Virus record (IMG/VR): IMGVR_UViG_3300050343_000159
DNA from: a virus
Lineage: Duplodnaviria > Caudoviricetes
Direction: 5' to 3' (one strand)
DNA: 64,000 nucleotides
The notes beneath the pieces were generated by a model. It was not told where the DNA came from and did not search any database. It was given only the letters and a program-made list of their open reading frames with translations. This document shows, one piece after another, positions 39,317 to 49,074 of the stretch (positions are counted from its first letter, which is position 1; the number at the start of each line of letters is the position of its first letter). A program made the translations under genes and the position numbers.

Positions 39317-39954
39317 CATACAGTAAAAGGTTTAGTAGTAAGTTCTTTGCTAAGATGTTACAACCAGCAGGACCAAATAATCCTGTAAGAGATAGGGCAA
39401 CTTCCCTCTCTATGGTGTTTGAGATCTTAGATGAGAAGAAGAATAAAGACTTCTTCATTGTAGAGACAGGATGTATGAGAGCAGACCATGGTCAACTTGC
39501 TCTTGGTGATGATGGAGCTAGTACCTACATCTTTGATGACTTCATTAACTACTATGATGGTGAAGTAGCTTCAGTGGATATCAATCCAGATAATGTGGCA
39601 CACGCTCAGAAGATGGTATCTGACAAGACACAGGTGTATTGTAGTGATTCAGTAGAGTTTTTATGGAACATTCCTGCGAAGAGAAAGATTGACCTATTGT
39701 ATCTTGACTCATTTGATTTTGAACCAGAAGATCCTATTCCTTCACAGAAACATCATCTTAAGGAACTCACAGCAGTCATGAAAAACTTGAGGAAAGGTAG
39801 TATAATTATAGTTGATGACAACCTTAATACCCCTGAGTTTGAATGGTTCACCAAGATTGCACAAGGTGGTAAGGCAGGATTCGTAAAAGAGTTCATGAAA
39901 GACATTGGAGCAGAACTCCTCCTAGACGAGTATCAAATTATTTGGAGGTTATGA
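39313..39954 (+). CDS. Class I SAM-dependent methyltransferase
   Basis: IVETG, SVDI, DSVEFL, LYLDS, IVDD. Confidence 0.75.
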   Translation: MTYSKRFSSKFFAKMLQPAGPNNPVRDRATSLSMVFEILDEKKNKDFFIVETGCMRADHGQLALGDDGASTYIFDDFINYYDGEVASVDINPDNVAHAQKMVSDKTQVYCSDSVEFLWNIPAKRKIDLLYLDSFDFEPEDPIPSQKHHLKELTAVMKNLRKGSIIIVDDNLNTPEFEWFTKIAQGGKAGFVKEFMKDIGAELLLDEYQIIWRL

Positions 39955-40214
39955 TGGACGTAAAACTGTTTCGTATTGTCACTGGCGAAGAAGTAATTGC
40001 AGAGGTAGTTGAAGAAAACGCATCTACTGTAACTGTAAGAAATGGACTGGTTGTGATTCCACAGGCACAGAACATTGGGTTTGCACCTTGGGCTACTGTG
40101 GTTAGTAGAGAGAAACCAGAACTCGAAGTTTCTCGCACACATATTGTATATGTTGGTGAGGTAGAACATCTATCAGAGAGAAGTATGATTCTATCTACGG
40201 TAGTAAACTGGTAA
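39951..40214 (+). CDS. Conserved T4-like small protein (Sm-like fold suspected; 3' end frameshifted)
   Basis: VKLFRIVTGEEVIAEV...FAPW. Confidence 0.55.
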   Translation: MMDVKLFRIVTGEEVIAEVVEENASTVTVRNGLVVIPQAQNIGFAPWATVVSREKPELEVSRTHIVYVGEVEHLSERSMILSTVVNW

Positions 40215-40242
40215 CACCTGAACCCAAGAGTTTGATTCTCCA

Positions 40243-40893
40243 ATGAGTTATTTTCAATTTGCTAAGAACTACTATTCTGCCAATGGTGAGGATGGTATCA
40301 CAGAACAACTATTCAAAGATCTCAATATCAATGATGGTGTAGTATGTGAGTTTGGTGCATGGGATGGATTTGACAATAGTAATACTGCATACTTCTGGTT
40401 CACCAAAGACTTCTCAGCTATTTTGATTGAAGGTCTAGAGAGTAGATTTAATCAACTTGTAGGTAACACAAAGGGATTTGATGTAACCTGTATCAAGAAC
40501 ATGATACAAGAGTCTGGTGATGATAGTATTGATAACATTCTTGATCGATCTATGGTGAAGTTGAACGATGATAACTTTGCTTTGATGTCTATTGACATTG
40601 ATTCATTTGACTATTATGTGTTTGGTAGTATCAAGAAGTATCGTCCTAAGGTTTGTATTGTAGAAACCAGTAGTGGATACACACCAGACCAAGACTTTGT
40701 TTCTCGTAACGCTGGTTGTTCTCTAAAGTCTGTAGCAGAACTAGGAGAGACTATTGGATATAAGTGTGTGATCCATACAGGTAATGCATACTTTGTTCGT
40801 GATGATCTAGTTCATCTTTTACCAGACTATGATTATAGTTTAGATGCAATCTATAGCTCTCCATCAGACATTGATTCTAGACAAGTTGTATGA
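40243..40893 (+). CDS. FkbM-like methyltransferase
   Basis: YSANGEDG, EFGAWDG, LIE, LMSIDID. Confidence 0.75.
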   Translation: MSYFQFAKNYYSANGEDGITEQLFKDLNINDGVVCEFGAWDGFDNSNTAYFWFTKDFSAILIEGLESRFNQLVGNTKGFDVTCIKNMIQESGDDSIDNILDRSMVKLNDDNFALMSIDIDSFDYYVFGSIKKYRPKVCIVETSSGYTPDQDFVSRNAGCSLKSVAELGETIGYKCVIHTGNAYFVRDDLVHLLPDYDYSLDAIYSSPSDIDSRQVV

Positions 40894-41323
40894 TTTTAGA
40901 CATCCTACATGATGGTGATGAGATACTGAAAAGATATCTTGTTCTGTCATTTTAGATGATGAAGTTAGAGAGTTCATTGGATCTATGAAAGAAACAATGA
41001 TCGATGCTAATGGTATAGGTTTAGCTGCACCTCAAGTTGGTAGAAATATCAGAGTCATTGTGGTTAAACTTCAGTATGGTGACATACAAGAGATGATTAA
41101 TCCGGCTATCAAATGGTATTCGGATCACACTGTCAATATTGAGGAAGGATGTTTGAGTATTCCTGGTAAACATATTGAACTTATCAGACCCAGTAAAATC
41201 TCAATATCATTTCAAGATTTGAGTGGTAAATATAAAAGGTGGAAACTAAAATCACTTGAAGCTCGTATAGTTCAACATGAGATCGATCACTTAGATGGAG
41301 TATTGATGACGGATTATGAGTGA
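40890..41323 (+). CDS. def: Peptide deformylase (frameshift ~40935)
   Basis: GIGLAAPQVG, EGCLS, QHEIDHLDG. Confidence 0.93.
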
Positions 41324-41346
41324 TAAAATTATTCTGAGGAAGAGAA

Positions 41347-42360
41347 ATGAAAGCTGTTGTTCTTGAAGAACTAAATCAACCTCTTGCACTTAGAGAAGTA
41401 GGATTAACTGAACTTAAGTTCGGTCAGGTATTAGTAAAAGTATTGGTAAGTGGGTTGTGTGGAGCACAACTTCGTCAGATTAAAGGTCATGAAGGTAACG
41501 AAAAGTTTCTACCACACTTGATAGGTCATGAAGGTTGTGGTATCGTTGAGGGTGTGGGTATTGGTGTCACTACCGTAAGACCTGGAGACAAAGTTGTTAT
41601 GCATTGTCACCTTGGTTCTGGTATAGAATCATCTTCCCCTTCATATACTTTGGATGGTAAGACTATCTCTAGTGGAAAGATTACTACCCTAAGTGAGTTC
41701 TCTATCGTATCTGAAAATCGTGTTACTAAGATTGATCTCAAAACCCCTTCGGTTCTCGCTGCTATGCTTGGTTGTAGTCTCACCACTGCTCTGGGTATTG
41801 TTGACAATGAATGTGAACTGAAGTTCGGTGAGTCTGTTGCTATTCTTGGTTGTGGTGGTGTAGGGTTGAACCTTATCCAAGCAGCCAAGATGAAGAATGC
41901 ATCACCCATTTATGGTGTGGATATAAACCAAAGCATGTTTGATCTAGCTTCACAACTAGGAGCAGACTGTTTTGTGTATGATATTCAATATCTTCCAAAT
42001 AAATGTGATATTATTATCGACACAACTGGTATTCCTGATGTTATCTCTGCAGCTTTTGAAAGATTGAAACCTGGTGGAAGATTGATCCTAACCGGACAAC
42101 CCGCACCAGACCGTCTTGTATGTCTTCCTAATGTTGTATCCATGTTTGATGGTGATGGTAAGTCTATTCGTGCCATAAGAGGTGGTGGGACTGATCCTGA
42201 GAAGGATATCCCTCGTTATATTAAACTTGCCCTCAAAGGTTTATTGGATTATGAGACCATACATACTCATACATTTACACTCGATGAAATCAATGAAGCT
42301 TTTGATTTGTTGAGGAGTGGAAGTGCTGGTAAAATTATGATAAAGATTAGCGAATCATGA
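41347..42360 (+). CDS. Zn-dependent medium-chain alcohol dehydrogenase
   Basis: GLCG, GHEGCG, GCGGVG. Confidence 0.88.
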   Translation: MKAVVLEELNQPLALREVGLTELKFGQVLVKVLVSGLCGAQLRQIKGHEGNEKFLPHLIGHEGCGIVEGVGIGVTTVRPGDKVVMHCHLGSGIESSSPSYTLDGKTISSGKITTLSEFSIVSENRVTKIDLKTPSVLAAMLGCSLTTALGIVDNECELKFGESVAILGCGGVGLNLIQAAKMKNASPIYGVDINQSMFDLASQLGADCFVYDIQYLPNKCDIIIDTTGIPDVISAAFERLKPGGRLILTGQPAPDRLVCLPNVVSMFDGDGKSIRAIRGGGTDPEKDIPRYIKLALKGLLDYETIHTHTFTLDEINEAFDLLRSGSAGKIMIKISES

Positions 42361-42486
42361 AACGACTAGACAAAGAAACAGGTAAACTCATGACACAATT
42401 GAACATCAGTAATCTGGTTCAATCTCTTGAGGCTGAAGTAACTTATCTTACCTGTTGGGATTATAACGGTAAGAAGACAAGGAAAA

Positions 42487-43239
42487 TTGTATTTGAGTAC
42501 ACTGATGAGTGATGTAATCCTAGCAGCATGGCATGGAGGGTTGGGTGATAATATTCAATTCTCCACATTACCTGAAGAGTTCTACAAACAACAGGGTAGA
42601 GAAACATATCTGAAGGATGGTTCATCTTTCAGAAACGAAGGTATCTATGAATTGATTTGGAAATACAATCCTTATATCAAAGGTATCAAAGAAGGTGAAT
42701 GGAATGCAGGTGATATCCCAGAGATTGAATATTCCAATGTAGCTGGAACCTGTATTGCAAACTGGGAGAAGCTTCATGGGTTAGAACCAACCAATAAGTA
42801 TCCAAAGATATACTACAAACCTAAAGTATCTTCAGAATATAGTGGTGTTTATCTGGTTGACTTCACATGTATAAGTATTGATTATGATATGGGGAAGTTA
42901 ATCAATAAACTGAAACAACTTCAGAGTGAATATTCTGACATGAAGTTTGTTGAGGTAACATTCTCTGAAGACCTGAGTGGTGATGATGGGAAGTATAATC
43001 AGTATGACATGAACTTGGAGAAACTGGTTATCAATAATATCTTTGACTACTATGACATCATTTGTAGTTGCTCTGGTCTGGTTGCTCTCAGTAGTGGAGC
43101 CAGTCACATGTCCTCTGCAGCAAAGGAACATAACAAATCTCTAAACAGTATTTGCATTATGGAGGAATCGTGGTATAATTACCATGTGAATAAAGGAAAC
43201 CTCTTCATCTTTGACAACATTGACTATCAAGTAATATGA
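42487..43239 (+). CDS. Putative glycosyltransferase (GT-B-like)
   Basis: HGGLGDNIQFSTLP N-terminal motif; SSGASHM. Confidence 0.55.
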   Translation: MYLSTLMSDVILAAWHGGLGDNIQFSTLPEEFYKQQGRETYLKDGSSFRNEGIYELIWKYNPYIKGIKEGEWNAGDIPEIEYSNVAGTCIANWEKLHGLEPTNKYPKIYYKPKVSSEYSGVYLVDFTCISIDYDMGKLINKLKQLQSEYSDMKFVEVTFSEDLSGDDGKYNQYDMNLEKLVINNIFDYYDIICSCSGLVALSSGASHMSSAAKEHNKSLNSICIMEESWYNYHVNKGNLFIFDNIDYQVI

Positions 43240-44213
43240 AATTTTTAATCACAGGTATCACTGGGTTTGCTGGTCCACACCTAGCAAACCTTCTTCATGC
43301 ACGAGGTCATGAGGTTTATGGTCTTATTCGTAGGACTAATGGAATGGAGAGTGACATTCGTGATGTTGTTCCTGATGATGTGTATGAAGATATCACATTT
43401 GTATATGGAGAACTGACAAACTATCGTTCACTCGTTACTATCTTTAAAGATACTCAGTTCGATGGTGTCTTCCACCTTGCAGCTCAATCACATCCACCCA
43501 CAAGTTTCCGTGATCCTATCGGAACTATGGATACTAATGTGATGGGTAGTGCTAACCTGTTCCAAGTCATTCAAGACTTCCAGGATAACTGTAAGGTGAT
43601 GTTCTGTTCTACATCTGAAGTTTATGGGAATGTTGGATCCGATGGTCGTAAGATTCGTTGGGATGATACTATTCTTCCTTCTAATCCTTATGGTGCTTCT
43701 AAGGCAGCGACTGATGTTTATCTCCAAGAGAGATTTGCAAATGGATTCATGAAAGGTTTCATCACTCGTGCGTTCTCACACACTGGTCCACGTCGTGGTC
43801 GTATCTTCTCTATCTCCTCTGATGCTTATCAGATTGCAAGGATGATGAGAGGGTATCAAGAACCAACTCTATTGATTGGAAACCTCTCTACAACCCGTGT
43901 GGTGATGGATGTGAGGGATACAGTAAGAGCATACTACTTGGCTATGATTAATCCTGAAGTGAAGGATCAAATCTTTAATGTGTGTGGTGATACTCCTCGA
44001 CAGATGCAGTATTTTACTGATAAGTTGATTGAACTATCTGGTCTAAAGGATGTGAAACAGAAGATCCATCAACCATTCTGGAGACCACATGAGATTCACT
44101 ATCAACATGGTGACTCTACTAACCTTGTAGAGATGACAGGATTTGAAGAGGAGTATAATATTGACACAACTCTGATGGATCTGTTACGATACTGGTATGA
44201 CAAACTATCATGA
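43236..44213 (+). CDS. gmd: GDP-mannose 4,6-dehydratase family
   Basis: ITGITGFAG, HLAAQSH, STSEVYG, PYGASK, RVVMDVRD. Confidence 0.85.
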   Translation: MKFLITGITGFAGPHLANLLHARGHEVYGLIRRTNGMESDIRDVVPDDVYEDITFVYGELTNYRSLVTIFKDTQFDGVFHLAAQSHPPTSFRDPIGTMDTNVMGSANLFQVIQDFQDNCKVMFCSTSEVYGNVGSDGRKIRWDDTILPSNPYGASKAATDVYLQERFANGFMKGFITRAFSHTGPRRGRIFSISSDAYQIARMMRGYQEPTLLIGNLSTTRVVMDVRDTVRAYYLAMINPEVKDQIFNVCGDTPRQMQYFTDKLIELSGLKDVKQKIHQPFWRPHEIHYQHGDSTNLVEMTGFEEEYNIDTTLMDLLRYWYDKLS

Positions 44214-44950
44214 AGAAGATTTTAATCATTGGTGATAGTTGTAAAGACATCTACACCTATTGTGATGTCAAAAGATTGTCACCTGAAAAACCTGTTCCTG
44301 TTCTTGAGGTAGATCATGTAGAGGAGATGCCCGGTATGGCTATGAATGTCTACCGGAATGTATGTCACATGATGCCAAGAAAGAAAGTAGATATTGTTAC
44401 CAATAATAATTGGAAGAGTGTCACGAAGAATAGATTTGTGGACCAGAAAAGTAATCACATGTTTAGTCGTGTTGATACCCCGCAGTTTATTGATAGGGTT
44501 GATGTATTTGAATTAAAGTTAGAGGACTATGAGTATGTCATCATTTCAGATTATGATAAGGGATTTATTTACTGGGATGATATTGAGTGGATTTGTTCTC
44601 GCCATAGTTCCGTTTTTCTTGACACGAAAAAGGAGTTGGACACTTGGGCATTTGATGCTAAGTATATCAAGATCAATAACTTCGAAGCTGAAAGAAGTTG
44701 TATTATGGTTGAACACTTGGGCGAAAAGGTGATTCAAACCTGTGGTAGTGATGGTGTATTTTGGAATGGTGATCTGTTCCCTGTGAAAGATAAGGTAGAA
44801 ACACTAGACGTTAGTGGTGCTGGAGATACCTTCTTAGCAGCACTTGTGGTAAGATACTCACAGGATAAGAAGATTGCAAGTTCTATCAAGTATGCCAATA
44901 GACAGGCAAGTAAGGTAGTATCTAAAAGAGGAACTAGTGTCCCAGACTAA
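44210..44950 (+). CDS. PfkB-family heptose kinase-like (HldE domain I)
   Basis: IIGD..D.Y, LSPEKPVPV, ISDYDKG, DVSGAGDTF. Confidence 0.85.
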   Translation: MKKILIIGDSCKDIYTYCDVKRLSPEKPVPVLEVDHVEEMPGMAMNVYRNVCHMMPRKKVDIVTNNNWKSVTKNRFVDQKSNHMFSRVDTPQFIDRVDVFELKLEDYEYVIISDYDKGFIYWDDIEWICSRHSSVFLDTKKELDTWAFDAKYIKINNFEAERSCIMVEHLGEKVIQTCGSDGVFWNGDLFPVKDKVETLDVSGAGDTFLAALVVRYSQDKKIASSIKYANRQASKVVSKRGTSVPD

Positions 44951-45356
44951 AACTATTTGGTTGAATGGATGTTATGACATTCTTACTCCTGCTCACATTG
45001 AGTTATTCTCAGTAGCCAGATCCCTTGGTGGGACTGAAGGGAGAGTTATTGTTGGTCTCGATTCTGATGATAAAGTCAAGAGAAGTAAAGGAGATCTGAG
45101 ACCTATCAATACATTCTCAGATCGTAAAATCATGTTAGAGTCTATTAGATACATAGATTTAGTAATAGGATTTGACGATCGTCAGGGATTAGAAAACTTG
45201 ATTGAGATGTTCAAACCCGATATCATGTTACTAGGCGGAGATTGGAGAAATGGGGATGTCGTCGGACGACAACATTGTGAAGATGTCAGATTTCTTGACA
45301 GGAGGGAAGGGTATTCCTCAACAGATATCATCGAAAGGTGCAAACGATCTAATTAA
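44937..45356 (+). CDS. Sugar-phosphate nucleotidyltransferase (HldE domain II-like)
   Basis: NGCYDILTPAH, VGLDSD, RPIN, GGDW, YSST. Confidence 0.85.
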   Translation: MSQTKTIWLNGCYDILTPAHIELFSVARSLGGTEGRVIVGLDSDDKVKRSKGDLRPINTFSDRKIMLESIRYIDLVIGFDDRQGLENLIEMFKPDIMLLGGDWRNGDVVGRQHCEDVRFLDRREGYSSTDIIERCKRSN

Positions 45357-45693
45357 GTTTGTACCAAAAGGATGGGGATATGAGAAGTGGATTGTCAATT
45401 GTCCACTATATTGTGGTAAGATACTATTCATCGCTCAGGGTAAGAAGTGTTCATGGCACTATCATAAGGTAAAGGATGAGGTATTCTATGTCCAGAGTGG
45501 TGCAATAGAAGTTATCTTTTCTTATAAAGATAACCCAGAGGTTGCTGATAAAATCCTTCTAATAGAAGGAGATAAGTTTCATGTTCCTACAGGTATGAGA
45601 CATCAAATGTATGCATTAAAAGATACAGAGTTGTTTGAGTTCTCGACACAACACTTTGACTATGATAGTATTCGTTTACAGAAAGGAGACTGA
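45262..45693 (+). CDS. Cupin, sugar isomerase-like
   Basis: VPKGWGYE, SWHYH..KDE.FYV, H.P.GMRH. Confidence 0.75.
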   Translation, partial: SDDNIVKMSDFLTGGKGIPQQISSKGANDLIKFVPKGWGYEKWIVNCPLYCGKILFIAQGKKCSWHYHKVKDEVFYVQSGAIEVIFSYKDNPEVADKILLIEGDKFHVPTGMRHQMYALKDTELFEFSTQHFDYDSIRLQKGD

Positions 45694-46037
45694 TGAGGTA
45701 TTGTTTTGATATTGACGGTACAATCTGTACCCCAACTATAGGAAGGGCATACGATCAGGCAATACCTTATACCTCAAGGATAGATCGTATCAATGGATTA
45801 TATGATGAGGGACACTACATCATCTACTTTACAGCAAGAGCTATGGGTAGGTTTGCTGGTGACCCTGATGATAGACAGAAGGCCAAAGAAGCAATGGAAG
45901 ATATTACTACCGAGCAACTCAAGAAGTGGGGATGTAAACATCATGAACTTCTATTCGGTAAACCACACGCTGATGTGTTTATTGATGACAAGGGTGTAAG
46001 TGATTTGAATTGGTTTGATCAGGAAGGACTTCAGTAA
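45693..46037 (+). CDS. HAD-superfamily phosphatase-like protein
   Basis: FDIDGTIC, FTAR, GKP.AD.FIDDK. Confidence 0.8.
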   Translation: MRYCFDIDGTICTPTIGRAYDQAIPYTSRIDRINGLYDEGHYIIYFTARAMGRFAGDPDDRQKAKEAMEDITTEQLKKWGCKHHELLFGKPHADVFIDDKGVSDLNWFDQEGLQ

Positions 46038-46831
46038 TGGACAAGAACAAAGCAGTATTCAAGACTAAAAACATTGGTCCTATCTACTACATCAATCTGG
46101 ATGATCAACCAGAGAGGCGTGAGTTTATGGAGAACCAGTTTAAGTACTGGGAGATAGAGAACTACACCAGAGTATCTGCCTATGATGGTAGAGAAGATGA
46201 TCTGAGTGATATTATCAAGGGTAGATATCCTGAGATGATGTCGTCCGGTGAGATTGGTTGTACTACATCACACCTCAAAGCTATCAAACAGTTCTATGAT
46301 AGTGGAGAACCATATGCAATCATGATGGAAGATGATTGTAGTTTAGATCTAATCAAGTATTGGAACTTTACTTGGAGAGATTTCTACTGTAAGCTTCCTT
46401 ATGACTGGGATGTGTGTCAGATTGCAATCATCTGTACAGGAGATGTACATATCAAGATCCATAAGAGATTTGTAAATGAGTTCTCTACTGCTTGTTATCT
46501 AATCACAAGACACCATGCAGAGAAGATGATTCGTCTTCATTGTCGTGGTGAGAAATACAAACTGGACAATGGTGTAAGACCACGACCAGTTGCAGATGAC
46601 CTTCTGTATAACTCAGGTAATACTTACGCTCTCCCTCTCCTTCTATATCACATCCCATTGGGGTCTAGTATCCACCCAGAACACGTTGATGCCTTCCATA
46701 AGGGTAACTTTGATGCTCAGTTTAACTTCTGGTCACAGAAGGGTGCACAGATGAGTATCGATGAACTGATGGATTATGATCCATATCTTGGTAGAGTGTC
46801 AGAGTCTTCACACCAACCGAACCAAGCTTGA
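46037..46831 (+). CDS. GT25 glycosyltransferase
   Basis: YYINLD..PERR, GEIGC..SH, IMMEDD. Confidence 0.85.
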   Translation: MDKNKAVFKTKNIGPIYYINLDDQPERREFMENQFKYWEIENYTRVSAYDGREDDLSDIIKGRYPEMMSSGEIGCTTSHLKAIKQFYDSGEPYAIMMEDDCSLDLIKYWNFTWRDFYCKLPYDWDVCQIAIICTGDVHIKIHKRFVNEFSTACYLITRHHAEKMIRLHCRGEKYKLDNGVRPRPVADDLLYNSGNTYALPLLLYHIPLGSSIHPEHVDAFHKGNFDAQFNFWSQKGAQMSIDELMDYDPYLGRVSESSHQPNQA

Positions 46832-46861
46832 CGGGTTAGCAGTTTATTGATACAATAAATA
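46828..46861 (+). promoter_or_regulatory. Overlapping early (sigma70) and late promoters
   Basis: TTGACG, 17 nt, TACAAT 46851-46856; TAAATA 46856-46861. Confidence 0.75.
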
Positions 46862-47014
46862 GACTTGTGAGACGGTAATTCCTCACAAGATTTTTTTCAA
46901 CAGTGCCCTACCCTCGCAAACTTAGGTTAGGGGCATGTAGTTCAAACAAACAGAGACGAGTCGAGTCTCTTTCCATCCGTAGGTTAAACTCTACGAGACA
47001 AAAAGGTAAAACAA
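46862..47014 (+). ncRNA. Structured 5' leader with four hairpins; possibly the manA RNA motif of cyanophages
   Basis: Stems 46864-71/46882-89, 46904-14/46924-35, 46952-57/46965-70, 46978-83/46990-95; family assignment from memory, unverified. Confidence 0.4.
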
Positions 47015-47381
47015 ATGTTTAAATCTGTATTCGCAGCAACCGCTGCTCTGTCCATGTCCGCTGGCGCTGCCCTTGCAGGTCCCTACGTTAACGTCGAAAC
47101 CAATGCTGGTTGGGTTGGCGATGATTACACCGCGGCAACGACAGACCTCCACGTAGGTTTTGAAGGAGAAGCCGGTGCTGCTTCCTACTACATCCAGGCT
47201 GGTCCTGCAATCGTCGCTGTTGACGGCGAAGAGACTGACACCCAGTTCTCTGGTAAGGCAGGTGTTGGCGTCCCCGTTTCCGACCCTCGGAGTATATGGT
47301 GAGCTGTCCTTCCTGACCGCTGAAGACGATGCTGATGACTTCGGTGTTGGTGGTAAGTTGGGTGTTAAGTACAACTTCTGA
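47015..47381 (+). CDS. Small outer-membrane beta-barrel-like protein (frameshift ~47285)
   Basis: Ala-rich signal peptide, alternating beta pattern, C-terminal GVKYNF. Confidence 0.7.
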
Positions 47382-47653
47382 TTGTTCATATAGACAAATA
47401 AATATCTAGATGTTATACTGGGGGTGCTACGGCATCCCCCTTTTTTTATGAAAAATTATTTTATAAAGATCATCACTCATCCTGCTACACACTTTAATCT
47501 GATTTCTATTGGAGTATTGATTACGATAGGGGAATGCTTCATAACCATGCTCACTATTCTATGGAAGTAGATGCTGATTCGTATGTCAGGCAATGGTGCA
47601 GTAAGCATCCAAAGAAATGCACGTATAATAGAGATTGGTAGTAGAAACCCTAT

Positions 47654-47692
47654 GTTACAAATGTTGACAAATGTTAAGAAAACATATATAAT
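47654..47692 (+). promoter_or_regulatory. hli promoter with HLR1-like direct repeat over the -35
   Basis: GTTACAAA-tg-TTGACAAA 47654-47671; TTGACA, 17 nt, TATAAT 47687-47692. Confidence 0.6.
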
Positions 47693-47719
47693 ATAACATA
47701 ACTTAACATAAAAGAATTT

Positions 47720-47930
47720 ATGACTGTAACTACTAATGAAAGAGGACAACAAAATTTGTTCGCCAAGGAACCTACAATGTATGTTTCTCAGACTGATGCT
47801 GAAAGATACGGTTATGAAATCCTATGCAGAAAAGGCAGAGAAGCTCAATGGTCGTGCCGCGATGGTTGGATTCTTCTTTGCTATTTTCTCATACTCATTG
47901 ACCGGTAACATTTTCTTCGGTCTTATCTGA
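47720..47930 (+). CDS. hli: High-light-inducible protein (frameshift ~47820)
   Basis: TTNERGQQNLFAKEP plus AEKLNGRAAMVG. Confidence 0.88.
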
Positions 47931-48009
47931 TGACATTACTGGCATTATCTGGTATACTATTTGCGTCCTTCGTGGGCGCATCACTAATCACACAAACAGG
48001 AGAGGAATC

Positions 48010-48117
48010 ATGAACGAAAACGCAGAACGCATCAACGGTTGGGCAGCAATGCTCGGAATCATTGCAGCCATCGGCGCATATGCTACAACTGGTCAAATCA
48101 TTCCAGGCTTATGGTAA
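48010..48117 (+). CDS. hli: High-light-inducible protein, 35 aa
   Basis: AERINGWAAMLG...TGQIIPG. Confidence 0.92.
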   Translation: MNENAERINGWAAMLGIIAAIGAYATTGQIIPGLW

Positions 48118-48286
48118 TCGAACAAACAATATTATTTTGTTTGGTTCCTCTAATCTTCATGTTATTGTTGGTAGAAGAGGAAGATGATGATAACGATATG
48201 GACGGGGGCATGATGGTTCCCGCATACCAAGGATCCCAATAAGGGGTCCTTTTTTTCTAAATACTGGTGCCACACCAGAACCAATA

Positions 48287-48710
48287 ATGGAAAATAATCC
48301 AGAAGAAATTAAGAAGGAAGATCCAAAAAAGAAAGGTATCCTCGGTAAACTAAAAGAGGCAGCAGATGACAAAGAAGAACAACTTGCTATTCTGTCTACT
48401 TTTGTTAGGCTTGGGATCCTTGTTTGGAGTGGCGGAATACTCACGTTGGCTTATATACAACTCCCCCCAGCTCTTGGTATTCCCGAACAAAAACTAGATC
48501 CAACTTTTATTGCATCTGTATTCACTGGAGTGCTTGCAACCTTTGGTGTTCAGGCAGCTAAGAAGAATGGAGATGGAACCTACAAAGCACAAGCTGCAGT
48601 GCTGCTGGTGGTATCACTAAAGCTGATTTGAAAGAACTCATTGATGCTGCCAAAGAGACAGCACCAGCACAGGTGATTAGAGTAGAACAAGCTCCACTAG
48701 TTATTTCTGC
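48287..48710 (+). CDS. Two-TM membrane protein, late (3' frameshift)
   Basis: Two hydrophobic segments; TAAATA 48258-48263. Confidence 0.6.
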
Positions 48711-49074
48711 AATTGATCCTAAAAAAGACTTGAAATCCTAACAAATAGTTGTCTTAAACACACTCCATATCTAATATAGATTATAGAGTTTTAAGAGAAA
48801 AATGATCTCTTCACTAATGAACAATGGCCTCTTCTTAGGAGGTCTTTGTTATGCCTTAATAGTTGTGCCAGTAATAGGAATGCAACTAATCCATGAACAT
48901 GGATGGCAACACTGGCAACCCTTTGATAAGGGGCACAAGTGAATCTAATACTAAGAACACATGAGAACTTCAACGATCCAGTATGGAGTGTGATATGGTG
49001 TATTATTATACTTTTGTTAGGAATTGGTTACTACATCTTATACATAATGAGAACTGCATTTTACGAGTTAGAAC

